From the NCBI GenBank assembly GCA_031427275.1, contig JANPNB010000298.1, positions 1 through 51,843 on the forward strand: a stretch of DNA of 51,843 nucleotides, in the 5' to 3' direction. The position numbers and the translations under genes are program-made. The stretch's first letter is position 1. Each line of letters starts with the position of its first letter. Of the stretch, positions 32,001-42,346 are shown one piece after another. The notes under the pieces were generated by a model. The model saw only the letters and a program-made list of their open reading frames with translations. It searched no databases and had not been told where the DNA came from. Source of the DNA: Alphaproteobacteria bacterium. Its GTDB lineage: Bacteria > Pseudomonadota > Alphaproteobacteria > Caulobacterales > Caulobacteraceae.

Positions 32001-32001
32001 A

Positions 32002-33153
32002 ATGACAGACTGGATCGGGGCCGAAGAGGCCATGGCGCGACTCGGGGTCAGATCCCAAACTCTCTACGCCTATGTGAGCCGGGGCCGGGTGCAGACCCGG
32101 GTCGATAGCCAAGACTCGCGCCGCAGCCTCTACCGGTCGGCCGATATCGCAGGCCTGGCGCAGCGCAAGACCCGCAGCCGCAAGGTCTCAGACGTCGCTA
32201 CCGGCACCATCGCGTGGGGCGAACCAGTGCTGTCCTCGGCGATCACCACCGTTTCGGACGGTCGCCTATTTTATCGGGGCCGCAACGCCGTCGAACTCGC
32301 AGAGACCGAAACTCTTGAGGCCGTGGCGCGGTTGTTGCGCGGAGGTCATGGTGCCGCCCTGAAGCGCACCGAGCGGCCCTTGCCACCGCCCGGTGCAGAC
32401 ATGCGGGCTCGGGCCTTCTTGGCCTTGGCTGCGCGAGCGGGCGAAGACGCGCCAGCCCTGGGGAGGCACCCCTTGGCGCTGGCGGTCGAGGCTGCAACCC
32501 TGCTCGACGTCTTGACCGACGCCATAGCCGGTCAAGTGGGCGGCGGACCTATCCACAACCGCCTTGCCATGGCCTGGGGGCTGGGTCCGGGTGGCATAGG
32601 TGCCGATCTGATCCGCCGGATCCTGGTGCTGCTGGCAGACCATGAGCTAAATCCGTCAGCCTTTTCTGCGCGGGTTGCGGCTTCAACGGGAGCCTCGCTT
32701 TCGGCCTGCGCTCTGGCCGGATTGGCGACCTTGTCGGGACCTCGGCATGGGGGGGCACCTGCGGCAATCCGGGTTCTGGCGGCTGAGGCCGAGCAGTTGG
32801 GGGCCCGCGCCGCCATCACTGCGAGGCTAGCTGAAGATCGTGGCTTGCCGGGCTTTGGCCACCCGCTCTATCCGCAAGGCGATCCGCGTGCTGCTGCGCT
32901 GCTGGCCCGTTTTGCACCCACGCCGATCTTGGGGGCGCTGTCGGAGGCCGTGGGAACCTTCACGGGCCAAGCCCCCAACATCGACTTCGCGCTGGTCTGC
33001 TTGGCAGAGACCCTAAAGCTCCCCACCGACGCACCCTTCGCGCTCTTTGCCACCGCCCGCTGCGCCGGATGGATTGCCCACGCCATTGAGCAGGTGCAGG
33101 GCGGCGGTATCATCCGCCCTAGAGCGCGATACACAGGCGTGGAGGTCGATTAG
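32002..33153 (+). CDS. HTH (MerR/excisionase-like) - citrate synthase family fusion protein
   Basis: N-terminal EAMARLGVRSQTLYAYVSRG HTH, followed by citrate synthase motifs DHELNPSAF, GPRHGGA, GFGHPLY..GDPR, NIDF and IIRPRARY. Confidence 0.88.
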   Translation: MTDWIGAEEAMARLGVRSQTLYAYVSRGRVQTRVDSQDSRRSLYRSADIAGLAQRKTRSRKVSDVATGTIAWGEPVLSSAITTVSDGRLFYRGRNAVELAETETLEAVARLLRGGHGAALKRTERPLPPPGADMRARAFLALAARAGEDAPALGRHPLALAVEAATLLDVLTDAIAGQVGGGPIHNRLAMAWGLGPGGIGADLIRRILVLLADHELNPSAFSARVAASTGASLSACALAGLATLSGPRHGGAPAAIRVLAAEAEQLGARAAITARLAEDRGLPGFGHPLYPQGDPRAAALLARFAPTPILGALSEAVGTFTGQAPNIDFALVCLAETLKLPTDAPFALFATARCAGWIAHAIEQVQGGGIIRPRARYTGVEVD

Positions 33154-33527
33154 ATCGCGTGATCCTTGAGGATGCCCAGGGGTACGATCGCCAGAGTCTC
33201 CTCGTGGGTTGCCGCCAGGACCAACTGCGGCGCGGCTCCGGCGTCCAGCGCCTCTTTCCAACGCGGCGCACAGAGGCACCAGCGGTCGCCCGGCTTAAGA
33301 CCCGGAAAGTCGTAGTCCGGCACCGGGGTCGAGAGATCATTACCGACCGCCTTCGAAAAGGCCAGAAACTCCGCAGTCATAACGGCGCAGACCGTGTGCA
33401 GTCCGGTATCGTGCGGGCCTGTCTCACAGCACCCATTGCGGAAAAACCCGGTTGTGGGGTCAAGCGAACAGCTCTCGAGCTCGCCGCCTAAAACATTTTT
33501 CGCCTGCGCATCGTATCGCGTGATCAT
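33150..33527 (-). CDS. DUF2237 family protein
   Basis: Motifs NVLG..L..CS.DP.TGFFRNGCC.TG, GNDLSTP and FPGLKPGDRWCLCA.RW. Confidence 0.9.
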   Translation of the reverse strand: MITRYDAQAKNVLGGELESCSLDPTTGFFRNGCCETGPHDTGLHTVCAVMTAEFLAFSKAVGNDLSTPVPDYDFPGLKPGDRWCLCAPRWKEALDAGAAPQLVLAATHEETLAIVPLGILKDHAI

Positions 33528-33583
33528 CTGACCACTCTAGGCTAAAAGCCACGCGTCGCCATAGCGATTGGAGCGTTTCCACC

Positions 33584-34192
33584 TTGGCCGTTTACCGACT
33601 GATCCTGTTCCTGGTCATAGTCCTGAGCGAGGCTGGCACCGCCTTGGCGCAAGACGTCGATCCAATTGGCGCCTTGCTCGACCAAGTGCCGGTCGCCTCC
33701 GCTCCGCCGCTAGCGACAGAAACTTGGCGGCCTGCGCCTGTATTTGCCTCGCCAAAACCTCGAGCCATAACCTCTGGCACCCCGGTTAAGATTGATGAGA
33801 TTGGCAAGACCCCCGACGGACCGCTGTCGGCCAGCGATCTTAGCTATGAGAGCCGCCTGCGCTCGGCATTCCAATCTGCCCAGGGAACGCAGGGCCCACT
33901 GGACGGGCGGTGGGTCATTCGATCGGGCGAGATCTCGCTTTACTTGCTGCAGTTGGTGGATCGCGGGGCACTTGAGGGGGCATGGCGCGATCCGCGTCGA
34001 CCTGCAGCGTCGGGGACCTCGGGTTTCATCGACACTATCATCCGAAGCGGTGAACAGCTGATCGTCGGCTTCACAGCCACGCAGGGCGGTGGGCCGATCA
34101 GCCTTAGTCTGCGACTGTTGCCCAATGGTCAGATAACAGGCGATCTGACGGAGTACGGCGTCCGCTCGACGGTGACCATGGTTCGCCAATAG
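33584..34192 (+). CDS. Hypothetical exported protein
   Basis: Signal peptide (...TALA/Q), a Pro-rich linker and a beta-rich C-terminal domain (GPLDGRW...LEGAWRD). Start codon uncertain. Confidence 0.65.
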   Translation: MAVYRLILFLVIVLSEAGTALAQDVDPIGALLDQVPVASAPPLATETWRPAPVFASPKPRAITSGTPVKIDEIGKTPDGPLSASDLSYESRLRSAFQSAQGTQGPLDGRWVIRSGEISLYLLQLVDRGALEGAWRDPRRPAASGTSGFIDTIIRSGEQLIVGFTATQGGGPISLSLRLLPNGQITGDLTEYGVRSTVTMVRQ

Positions 34193-34253
34193 GCGCTCTG
34201 GCGTGACGCGGGGTTACGGCGTTAGATGCCGCTTAATCAACAGGATCTGCGCC

Positions 34254-35396
34254 ATGCTCGATACCTCCACCCGGACCATATATGACCAAGATCTGGAGAT
34301 GTTTCGCGACCAGGTCCGCAAGTTCTACGCCGTCCATCTGATCCCCAATCTGGATCGCTGGGAGGAGGAAAAGATGGTGGATCGGGCCTTCTGGCTCGCC
34401 TGTGGGGAGGCGGGTCTGCTCTGCCCACAAGTGCCGCCGGAATATGGCGGTTTGGGTCTCGACTACCGCTACAATGCCGTGATTGGCGAAGAGCTGACCT
34501 ATGCTGGTTCAACAGCAGGCATCACCCTGCAGTCCGATATCGTCGTCGATTACCTGATCAATTACGGCTCCGAGGAGCAGAAGCAGAAATGGTTGCCGGG
34601 CATGGTGTCGGGCGAGGTGGTGGTGGCCATCGCCATGACCGAGCCCGGCGCGGGCTCCGATCTGCAAGGCGTACTGACCACCGCCAAGCGAGACGGCAAT
34701 CACTATGTGATCAACGGGTCGAAAACCTACATTACCAACGGCCAGAGCGCTGATCTGATCTTCGTGGTGGCCAAGACCGACCCAGATGCTCGGGCGCGAG
34801 GCATGTCGTTGATCCTGGTGGAAGCTGACCGCGCCGGCTTCACGCGAGGGCGCAAGCTCGACAAGATCGGCCAGAATTCGGCCGACACCTCAGAGCTGTT
34901 CTTCGAAGATGTGCGCGTGCCGATCACCAACTGCGTCGGCGAGGAAAATAAGGGCTTCATCTATCTGATGAGCCAACTGCCCCAGGAACGCCTGCAGATC
35001 GCCATCTCCGGTCAGGCCGGGGCGCAGCGTGCCTTTGACGAGGCGGTCAAGTTCACCAAGGAACGTAAGGCTTTCCGCCAGACGGTGTTTGATTTCCAGA
35101 ACACCCGCTTCACCCTTGGCAATCTGAAAGCCAAGCTTCAGGCCGGTTGGGCGCATCTGGACTGGTGCATGGCCCGGCACCTGAAGGGCGAACTCACAGC
35201 GGCGGAGGCCTCGGCTGCCAAGTTATTCCATACCGAGTTGCAGTGGGAAGTCTGCGACGCGGCCCTGCAACTGCACGGCGGCGCGGGCTACATGAACGAA
35301 TACCCCATTGCCCGTCTGTGGCGAGACGCCCGCGTGCAGCGGATCTATGGCGGCACGTCGGAGATCATGAAGGAAGTGGTGGCGCGCTCGATCTGA
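34254..35396 (+). CDS. Acyl-CoA dehydrogenase (LCAD-like)
   Basis: Motifs IAMTEPGAGSDL, NGSKTYITNG, DTSELFF, QERL, QLHGGAGY and RIYGGTSEIMK. Confidence 0.93.
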   Translation: MLDTSTRTIYDQDLEMFRDQVRKFYAVHLIPNLDRWEEEKMVDRAFWLACGEAGLLCPQVPPEYGGLGLDYRYNAVIGEELTYAGSTAGITLQSDIVVDYLINYGSEEQKQKWLPGMVSGEVVVAIAMTEPGAGSDLQGVLTTAKRDGNHYVINGSKTYITNGQSADLIFVVAKTDPDARARGMSLILVEADRAGFTRGRKLDKIGQNSADTSELFFEDVRVPITNCVGEENKGFIYLMSQLPQERLQIAISGQAGAQRAFDEAVKFTKERKAFRQTVFDFQNTRFTLGNLKAKLQAGWAHLDWCMARHLKGELTAAEASAAKLFHTELQWEVCDAALQLHGGAGYMNEYPIARLWRDARVQRIYGGTSEIMKEVVARSI

Positions 35397-35470
35397 CACA
35401 TGCGCCGCAAAGGTGACAGAAGCCCCCCGCTCAGCTATCGGAGCGCTTGTAACGACTGGGGACCAAGACC

Positions 35471-36385
35471 TTGAGCGAGATCGCCGAACAACAAGGATGG
35501 GCGACCGCCAAGACCCTGGCCGAAGCCCTGCCCTATATCCAGCAGTATGACCGAGAGATTCTGGTGATCAAATATGGCGGGCACGCCATGGGCCAGGAGG
35601 AAACCGCCAAGCTGTTTGCCGCCGACTCGGTGCTACTGAAGCTTCTGGGGCTGCACCCGGTCGTGGTGCATGGCGGCGGGCCGCAGATTTCGCGGATGCT
35701 GGACCGGGCGGGGGTCAAATCGACCTTCATCGATGGCCTGCGGGTGACCGACGAGGCAACCATGGAGGTCGCCGAGATGGTGCTGTCGGGTGCCATCAAC
35801 AAGGAAATCGCCAATTGGATAACCCTGGCCGGAGCTGAGGCCGATGTGCGCGGCGTGGGTCTGTCGGGAAAGGATGCGCGGCTGATCACGGTGGAAAAGG
35901 TTACCCGGACCAAGAAGGACCCAGACAGCCTGATCGAGCAGGCTGTGGATCTGGGCTTTGTCGGCGAACCCACCAAGATCGACCCGCAACTGATCCTGCA
36001 ACTGATCCATGCCGATCACGACTATATTCCGGTGATCGCCCCCATCGGCGTGTCGGTGGCCGGTCAGACCTACAACATCAATGCCGACACGGTGGCGGGA
36101 GCCCTGGCCGGGGCGTTGAAAGCCAAGCGGATGCTGCTGCTGACCGATGTGGCCGGGGTGCTGGGGGCCGATGGGCAACTGATCCGCCAGATGAGCGTCG
36201 GCGAAGCCCGCGCAGCTATCGAGTCCGGTGTAGCTTCGGGCGGCATGATCCCCAAGCTGGAAACCGCCATCGCCGCCGTGGAGGCCGGGGTTGAGGCTGT
36301 CGTCATCCTAGATGGGCGCCGGGCCCATGCCATGCTGGTGGAGCTGTTCACCGAGCACGGATCGGGCACCTTGATCACCCGATGA
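35471..36385 (+). CDS. argB: Acetylglutamate kinase
   Basis: Motifs [29 protein letters not shown] and GGMIPK. TTG start. Confidence 0.96.
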   Translation: MSEIAEQQGWATAKTLAEALPYIQQYDREILVIKYGGHAMGQEETAKLFAADSVLLKLLGLHPVVVHGGGPQISRMLDRAGVKSTFIDGLRVTDEATMEVAEMVLSGAINKEIANWITLAGAEADVRGVGLSGKDARLITVEKVTRTKKDPDSLIEQAVDLGFVGEPTKIDPQLILQLIHADHDYIPVIAPIGVSVAGQTYNINADTVAGALAGALKAKRMLLLTDVAGVLGADGQLIRQMSVGEARAAIESGVASGGMIPKLETAIAAVEAGVEAVVILDGRRAHAMLVELFTEHGSGTLITR

Positions 36386-37044
36386 GCGCAGATCTCTCCC
36401 ATATCGACACCTGGCTCTTCGACCTCGACAACACTCTCTATCCGGAGGAGTCGGGGTTCATGGGTCAGGTCGAGGCCAAAATGACCGACTTTGTGGAAAA
36501 GGTGACGGGCCTGCCGCGACCTGAAGCCTTTGCATTGCAAAAGAAATACTATGCTGAGCATGGCCTGACCCTGACCGGTTTGATCCGCAACCATGGGACG
36601 GACCCCGCAGATTTCTTCGCCCTGCATCACGATCTGTCCCTAGCGGCCTTGGCACAGGATCCGGAGCTATTGACCGCCCTAGCTCAACTACCTGGCCGAC
36701 GGCTGGTGTTCACCAATGCCGATGACAAGCACGCGGAACGGGTGATGGCCCATTTGGGTCTGACCGACCTGTTTGATGACGTCTTCCATATCCATTCTTT
36801 TGGCTATGCCCCAAAGCCTGATCCGCTAGGCTTTGCGCGCATGATCGAGGCCCATGGGATGGACCCCGCCGCTACCGCCTTCTTCGAAGACAGTGAGCGC
36901 AACCTGAAACCGGCCAAGGACCTGGAGATGACCACTGTTCTGGTTGGCCCCCGCGCCTCGGCCTCAACCGCCGCCTTTATCGACCACAAGACCCACAAGC
37001 TCGCGCCGTTCCTAAGTGGCGCCCGCCTGAAGAAAGCCGCCTGA
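36382..37044 (+). CDS. Pyrimidine 5'-nucleotidase (HAD)
   Basis: Motifs [19 protein letters not shown] and FFEDSERNL. Usual position after argB. Confidence 0.88.
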   Translation: MSADLSHIDTWLFDLDNTLYPEESGFMGQVEAKMTDFVEKVTGLPRPEAFALQKKYYAEHGLTLTGLIRNHGTDPADFFALHHDLSLAALAQDPELLTALAQLPGRRLVFTNADDKHAERVMAHLGLTDLFDDVFHIHSFGYAPKPDPLGFARMIEAHGMDPAATAFFEDSERNLKPAKDLEMTTVLVGPRASASTAAFIDHKTHKLAPFLSGARLKKAA

Positions 37045-37871
37045 TGTCCCAAGACCTGCAAGCCGTGATCCAAGCCGCCTGGGAGGCGCGCGACACCATC
37101 TCTTCCGCTACCAAGGGCGCCGTGCGGGAGGCCGTGGAAGAAACGATCAACGGCCTGGACGCCGGGGTCCTACGCGTGGCCTCGCGTGGCGATGACGGGG
37201 TTTGGACCACGCACCAATGGACCAAGCAAGCCATTCTGCTGTCGTTTCGCTTAAACGCCAATCAACTGATGGAGGCCGATCAGCCGGGCCCCTATTGGGA
37301 TAAGGTGCCATCGAAATTCACCGGTTGGGATGCGGCACGGTTTGAGGCGGCTGGCCTGCGCGCGGTGCCCGGCTGCGTGGCGCGGCGGGGCAGCTTCATT
37401 GCCCGCAATGTGGTGCTGATGCCCTCGTTCGTGAACATCGGAGCTTATGTTGACGAAGGAACAATGGTCGATGGCTGGGCCACGGTCGGCTCCTGCGCCC
37501 AAATCGGCAAGAATGTGCACATCAGTGGCGGGGCCGGGATCGGCGGGGTACTGGAACCGCTGCAGGCCAATCCGACCATCATTGAGGACAACTGCTTCAT
37601 CGGCGCCCGCTCTGAAGTCGCCGAGGGGGTCATCGTGCGTGAGGGCAGCGTATTGTCCATGGGGGTTTACCTGACCTCCACCACCCCGATTGTCGATCGC
37701 CGCACCGGCGTGACGATCACCGGCGAGGTGCCGCCCTTTTCGGTGCTGATGTCCGGCTCGCGGCCCAGCCCGCACGAGGGCATGCCGTCAACCTATTGCG
37801 CGGTGATCATGAAGACGGTGGACGCCCGCACCCGGGCCAAGACCTCGATCAATGAGTTGCTGCGTGATTGA
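37044..37871 (+). CDS. dapD: 2,3,4,5-tetrahydropyridine-2,6-dicarboxylate N-succinyltransferase
   Basis: Motifs [38 protein letters not shown] and [10 protein letters not shown]. Confidence 0.96.
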   Translation: MSQDLQAVIQAAWEARDTISSATKGAVREAVEETINGLDAGVLRVASRGDDGVWTTHQWTKQAILLSFRLNANQLMEADQPGPYWDKVPSKFTGWDAARFEAAGLRAVPGCVARRGSFIARNVVLMPSFVNIGAYVDEGTMVDGWATVGSCAQIGKNVHISGGAGIGGVLEPLQANPTIIEDNCFIGARSEVAEGVIVREGSVLSMGVYLTSTTPIVDRRTGVTITGEVPPFSVLMSGSRPSPHEGMPSTYCAVIMKTVDARTRAKTSINELLRD

Positions 37872-39018
37872 CCCCGTCGAACTCACCCGCGAGCTGATCC
37901 GTCGCCCGTCGGTAACGCCCGCCGATGCCGGGGCGATGGATGTGGTGCAGCAAACTTTGGAGGGCCTAGGCTTTGCCTGTCGGCGGATGAAGTTCGGTGA
38001 AATCGAAAACCTCTACGCCCGGTTCGGAACCCGGCGGCCCAATCTCTGCTTTGCCGGACATACCGATGTGGTGCCGGTGGGGGATGCCAGCGCATGGAGC
38101 CAGGAGGCGTTTGGGGCCGAAATCGTCGAGGGCGTGATTATCGGGCGCGGGGCCGCCGATATGAAGAGCGCGATTGCCGCCTTTGCCGCCGCCTCCGCGT
38201 CGTCCATTTCAGCGGGCGATGTGAGGGGTTCGCTCTCCTTCCTGATCACTGGCGATGAAGAAGGTGTCGCGACCCATGGCACCAAGATGGTCGTGGAGGC
38301 CCTGAAAGCGCAGGGCGAGATCATCGACCACTGCATCGTCGGCGAGCCGACCAGCTCTGAAGTCTTCGGCGACATGGTCAAGATCGGACGGCGCGGCTCC
38401 ATCAATGTGGAGCTGACCGTCGAGGGTATCCAGGGCCATGTGGCCTATCCCCACCGAGCAGCCAATCCAGTCCCGGTATTGGTGGCGCTGCTGGGACGAT
38501 TGGCGGAGACGGAGCTGGACCAAGGCTTCCTAGGCTTCCAACCTTCGAACCTGGAGATCACCACCTTTGACGTGGGCAATCCGACCACCAACCTGATCCC
38601 AGCCACCGCCAAGGCGCGGCTGAATATCCGGTTTAATCCCAATCACACGGGCCAAGCTCTGGCCGACTGGATCGCGGCTGAGGCGCGGGCGGCCGGCGAA
38701 GGCTTTCAGGGCAATGTGATCGTCAAGCCGACCATCAGCGGCGAGGCGTTTTTGACCGAGCCTGGGCCTTTCACCGATGTGATTTCCGCCGCCGTCGCTG
38801 ATGTGACGGGTAAGGCTCCAGAGCTATCGACCACTGGAGGCACCTCCGACGCTCGGTTCATTCGCGACCTTTGCCCGGTGGTTGAAGTCGGTCTGGTCGG
38901 TAAGACTATGCACGCCGTGGACGAACGCGCGCCCGTCGCGGAAATCGTGCAGCTGCAAGCGGTCTATGAGCGGCTCATCGCCCGCTATTTCGCGGCGTTT
39001 GTGTCGTCGGGAGCGTAA
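37864..39018 (+). CDS. dapE: Succinyl-diaminopimelate desuccinylase
   Basis: Motifs [38 protein letters not shown] and GGTSDARF. Probable GTG start at 37864. Confidence 0.95.
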   Translation: MIDPVELTRELIRRPSVTPADAGAMDVVQQTLEGLGFACRRMKFGEIENLYARFGTRRPNLCFAGHTDVVPVGDASAWSQEAFGAEIVEGVIIGRGAADMKSAIAAFAAASASSISAGDVRGSLSFLITGDEEGVATHGTKMVVEALKAQGEIIDHCIVGEPTSSEVFGDMVKIGRRGSINVELTVEGIQGHVAYPHRAANPVPVLVALLGRLAETELDQGFLGFQPSNLEITTFDVGNPTTNLIPATAKARLNIRFNPNHTGQALADWIAAEARAAGEGFQGNVIVKPTISGEAFLTEPGPFTDVISAAVADVTGKAPELSTTGGTSDARFIRDLCPVVEVGLVGKTMHAVDERAPVAEIVQLQAVYERLIARYFAAFVSSGA

Positions 39019-39749
39019 CCCACGGCGGTGAGATAGAGCCCTGACGCCGGAGCCACTGGGCCGCAAGCCGTTCGGTCTTGGGCCGCCAGAGCATGGGCGA
39101 CATCGTCGGCGCTCCATCGGCCAAGCCCGACCTCAACCAATGTGCCGCTCATGGAGCGGACTTGGCGGTGCAAAAATGATCGTGCGCCGAAATGCAGATG
39201 CACCTCCTGGCCCACCTGGCTGACGCGGGCAAAATCGAGGGTTTTCATTGGCGAGTTGGCCTGGCATCTGAGGTCGCGGAAGGTGGTGAAGTCGTGGTGC
39301 CCCACGAGAAGCTGCGCCGCGTCGTGCATGGCCTGCGCATCAAGCGGTGCCTTCACATGCCACACCTTGCCGCGCTCTAGGCCGGGCGGTCCAGGGCGGT
39401 TGAGGATGCGGTAGAAATAACGACGCTCGGTCGCAGAAAACCGGGCATGCCAGTCGCCTTGCGCCACCACCGCCTCGAGTACCACGATGGAGTCGCCCAT
39501 CAGATGAAAATTGAGCGCGTTTCGCACCGTCTCCACCGGCCAATTTCGCTCCAGATCAATATGGATAACCTGGCCCAGCGCGTGCACGCCAGTATCGGTG
39601 CGGCCCGCGCAGTGGACCCGCAGCGCCTGGCCGCAAAAAGCTTTAACGGCGACCTCAATGGCTCCCTGCACGGTCGGCAAATCGGCCTGGGCCTGGAAGC
39701 CGTGATAGGGTCCGCCGTCATATTCGATGGTCAGGCGATAACGGGGCAT
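38985..39749 (-). CDS. truA: tRNA pseudouridine(38-40) synthase
   Basis: Motifs YDG..YHGFQ.Q, AGRTDTGVHA, HARFSA..R.Y and SFLHRQVR. Confidence 0.96.
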   Translation of the reverse strand: MPRYRLTIEYDGGPYHGFQAQADLPTVQGAIEVAVKAFCGQALRVHCAGRTDTGVHALGQVIHIDLERNWPVETVRNALNFHLMGDSIVVLEAVVAQGDWHARFSATERRYFYRILNRPGPPGLERGKVWHVKAPLDAQAMHDAAQLLVGHHDFTTFRDLRCQANSPMKTLDFARVSQVGQEVHLHFGARSFLHRQVRSMSGTLVEVGLGRWSADDVAHALAAQDRTACGPVAPASGLYLTAVGYAPDDTNAAK

Positions 39750-40675
39750 TAGAGAACCTGGGTCCCGGTCGGCATTGGGAAGCCGCGCAGAAAATCGGGT
39801 GCCTCTTGCGGACCCTTACCCTGTCGCTGAACGCGGAGCAGCCGCACGGCACCGGTCCCGCAGGCGATCAGCAGCCCGTCGTCGAGAGCCTGTCCTGGCG
39901 ACCCGGAACCTTCCTCGCTCTGTGACAGCAAAGCCTTGACCCGGATAGGACCCTTGTCACTGGCGACCTCGAACCAAGCTCCCGGAAACGGGGAGAGGCC
40001 ACGAATTTTGTGGTCGAGCTCGCCCGCGGGTTTCGACCAGTCCAGGCGCGTTTCCTTCGCGCGGATCTTCTTAGCGTAAGTTATGCCCTCGTCAGATTGT
40101 GGTGTTTCGACCGCGTGTCCAACGCCAATATCGTCCAGAGTTTTGACCAGCAAATTTGCGCCAGCCAGAGCCAACCGGTCATGCAGCGACCCGGCGGTCT
40201 CCAGGGCACCGATCGGTACCGTAGTCGTGGCCAGGATCGGCCCCTCATCAAGGCCTTCGGTCATCCGCATGACCTGGACGCCGGTCAACAGGTCGCCTGC
40301 CATGATCGCCCGCTGGATCGGTGCCGCGCCGCGCCAACGGGGTAGAAGCGAGGCGTGGAGGTTGAAGGCCCCAAGTCGTGGCGCATCCAGCACGGTGGCG
40401 GGTAAGATCTGGCCAAACGCTACCACCACGGCGGCATCAAGCTTGAGCGCCGTAAAGGCCGCGATCTCATCGGGGTCGCGCATGGAGACGGGGGTCCGGG
40501 TCAGCAGCCCGTGCGCCAGCGCATAAGCTTGGGTGGCGGAGGGCTTCAACGCCTGGCCACGACCACGCGGTGCCGGGGGTTGTGAGTAGACAGCAACGAT
40601 CTCATGACCGACTTCGACCAGGGCGGCCAGACAGGTGGCCGCAATATCAGGGGTTCCGAGAAAGGCTAGGCGCAT
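39749..40675 (-). CDS. fmt: Methionyl-tRNA formyltransferase
   Basis: Motifs [34 protein letters not shown] and GLDEGP. Confidence 0.96.
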   Translation of the reverse strand: MRLAFLGTPDIAATCLAALVEVGHEIVAVYSQPPAPRGRGQALKPSATQAYALAHGLLTRTPVSMRDPDEIAAFTALKLDAAVVVAFGQILPATVLDAPRLGAFNLHASLLPRWRGAAPIQRAIMAGDLLTGVQVMRMTEGLDEGPILATTTVPIGALETAGSLHDRLALAGANLLVKTLDDIGVGHAVETPQSDEGITYAKKIRAKETRLDWSKPAGELDHKIRGLSPFPGAWFEVASDKGPIRVKALLSQSEEGSGSPGQALDDGLLIACGTGAVRLLRVQRQGKGPQEAPDFLRGFPMPTGTQVL

Positions 40676-40730
40676 GGCTAGGGTTTAGCGGGCCAAGGCG
40701 GGTTTTGGAAACCCGGAACAAATTGGCCGC

Positions 40731-41033
40731 CTATTTAAGGCTCGAACTGGCGATCTCGTCCATGAATTGCGCCAATTCAACATCTAGAGCCGTAACGCCG
40801 CCCGCATCATGGGTGGTCAGGGTCACCTCGACCCGATTGTAAACATTGGACCACTCAGGATGATGATCGAGCCTGTCGGCCTTGAGTGCCACCCGCGTCA
40901 TGAAGCCAAAGGCGGTGTTGAAATCGGCAAAGCGGAAGGTTCGGCAAATCGCGTCGCGATCGCCCGGATCCGAACCCCAGAGCGGAAGTTTCTCTAGGGC
41001 ATCAATGGCCCCGATCTTGACGGGGCGGGTCAT
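40731..41033 (-). CDS. phhB: 4a-hydroxytetrahydrobiopterin (pterin-4a-carbinolamine) dehydratase
   Basis: Motifs [13 protein letters not shown] and [11 protein letters not shown]. Confidence 0.92.
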   Translation of the reverse strand: MTRPVKIGAIDALEKLPLWGSDPGDRDAICRTFRFADFNTAFGFMTRVALKADRLDHHPEWSNVYNRVEVTLTTHDAGGVTALDVELAQFMDEIASSSLK

Positions 41034-41689
41034 TCTACAGCCTCTAAGTCAAAGGCGATTCCAGTCAGCGCCGAGAGCGCGGTGAGGGTCTGGTCGACGC
41101 TAACCACCTTGATCGCTGCCATGCCCAATGCAGCGGCCGGCTTACAATTAATCCCAAGGTCATCGAGATAGATGCAGGCGCTCGGAGCCACAGCCAGAAG
41201 ATCGCACATCATCAGATAGATCTTGGGATCGGGCTTACGAACCCCGGCCTTCGAGCTTTCAATGATCTGGTCGAATAGGGGCATGATCTGACCCATGGCC
41301 CCCGCTGCTCGCTGCGGCGCGTCTGCGCCTGGGCTGTGGTGGCTGACCATATTGTTGGTGATGCATCCCACCTTGAACCGCTGCTTGCAGGCCTTAAGCG
41401 CCGCAACCATGGCCGGTCGCACAGAACCGGAGAGCAATGGCAAGACATCGCGCCCCGGCACAGGATGACCCAACGCCGTCGACTCAGCCAGAAAGAGCTC
41501 ATCAAAGCCACGCGTATCGATTTCGTTGCGCTCAAACAGCGCCCAGGCATTGGTGTCCGGATTTGTCGAATTGACCCGCCGGATCAGATCCTTAGGTACG
41601 CCATTCTCGGTCTCATACCGCGCAAAGGCCTCGAAGGGCGATGAGGTAAAGACCCCGCCAAAATCCCAAATCACCGCTTCAATCGCCAT
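41030..41689 (-). CDS. HAD-IA family hydrolase
   Basis: Motifs [21 protein letters not shown] and YLDDLGIN. Confidence 0.88.
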   Translation of the reverse strand: MAIEAVIWDFGGVFTSSPFEAFARYETENGVPKDLIRRVNSTNPDTNAWALFERNEIDTRGFDELFLAESTALGHPVPGRDVLPLLSGSVRPAMVAALKACKQRFKVGCITNNMVSHHSPGADAPQRAAGAMGQIMPLFDQIIESSKAGVRKPDPKIYLMMCDLLAVAPSACIYLDDLGINCKPAAALGMAAIKVVSVDQTLTALSALTGIAFDLEAVE

Positions 41690-41716
41690 AGAACGCTCCC
41701 AATTGTCGGCCAGAAA

Positions 41717-41786
41717 CTAGAGCACGATCCGTTTAAGTGGAACCCGGTTAAACGGAAGAGCGTGCGACCAAACAAAGATTTTGAGC
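41717..41786. repeat. Palindromic intergenic repeat (CIR/RIME/Bru-RS-like), diverged copy 3
   Basis: CTAGAGCACG-ATCCGTTTAA-GTGGAACCCGG-TTAAACGGA-AGAG-CGTGC hairpin, with a GTGG(G)AACC(C)GG loop like copy 2, followed by CAAACAAAGA...GAGC. Confidence 0.65.
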
Positions 41787-41812
41787 CGGTGCGAGACGTG
41801 CAAGTTAAGCTG

Positions 41813-42187
41813 ATGTTTCTATCCAACCTTCCCAGACCCATCCGCTTGGGCCTCTACAGCCTGGCCACAGGCGTGGTGCTCTATTTGTGCCTTGCACCTA
41901 GCGATGATGTCCCAGGTTCGTCGCTGATTTGGGACAAGGCCGCCCATAGCCTCACCTGGGCCATCCTGACGGCGGCCGGCTTGGTCTTGGCCCCCCGCCG
42001 CCCCCGCGCCATAGCGTTGTTTAGTCTGTCCCTGGGCGCTTTGATTGAGCTGGCCCAGGCTACCATGGGCTTCGGCCGCCAGGGCGACATCAGAGACCTG
42101 ATTGCTGACAGTTTGGGGGTCGGCATGGTCATTCTGGCTTGGTGGGTAGTCCAGCGTTTGCGAAGACCCCACATGCCTAAGGTTTAG
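41813..42187 (+). CDS. VanZ-like membrane protein
   Basis: Motifs WDKAAH, GALIELAQ...GR.GD..D..AD..G and 3-4 TM segments. Start codon uncertain. Confidence 0.8.
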   Translation: MFLSNLPRPIRLGLYSLATGVVLYLCLAPSDDVPGSSLIWDKAAHSLTWAILTAAGLVLAPRRPRAIALFSLSLGALIELAQATMGFGRQGDIRDLIADSLGVGMVILAWWVVQRLRRPHMPKV

Positions 42188-42346
42188 GGGTTTAATCGAC
42201 CCCCCTGGGCCCGTCCGACGCCTCTCGGCTTCGCGCGACAGGGGAACAGAATCGAGGCCTTTCTTCGCGCGCAGGGTGAAAGGCACAGCGTTAACGGCAC
42301 TTGATCGTCATGGTCTGCCATCTGTTGAGAGTCCGAGACCTGAAAA

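Noticed and set aside
40695-40715. Hairpin CGGGTTT-TGG-AAACCCG between fmt and phhB as an intrinsic terminator
   Set aside because: There is no U-tract following it on the transcribed (minus) strand, so support is insufficient.
39749-40730. Absence of def next to fmt
   Set aside because: Separation of def from fmt is unremarkable, and no def remnant is visible.
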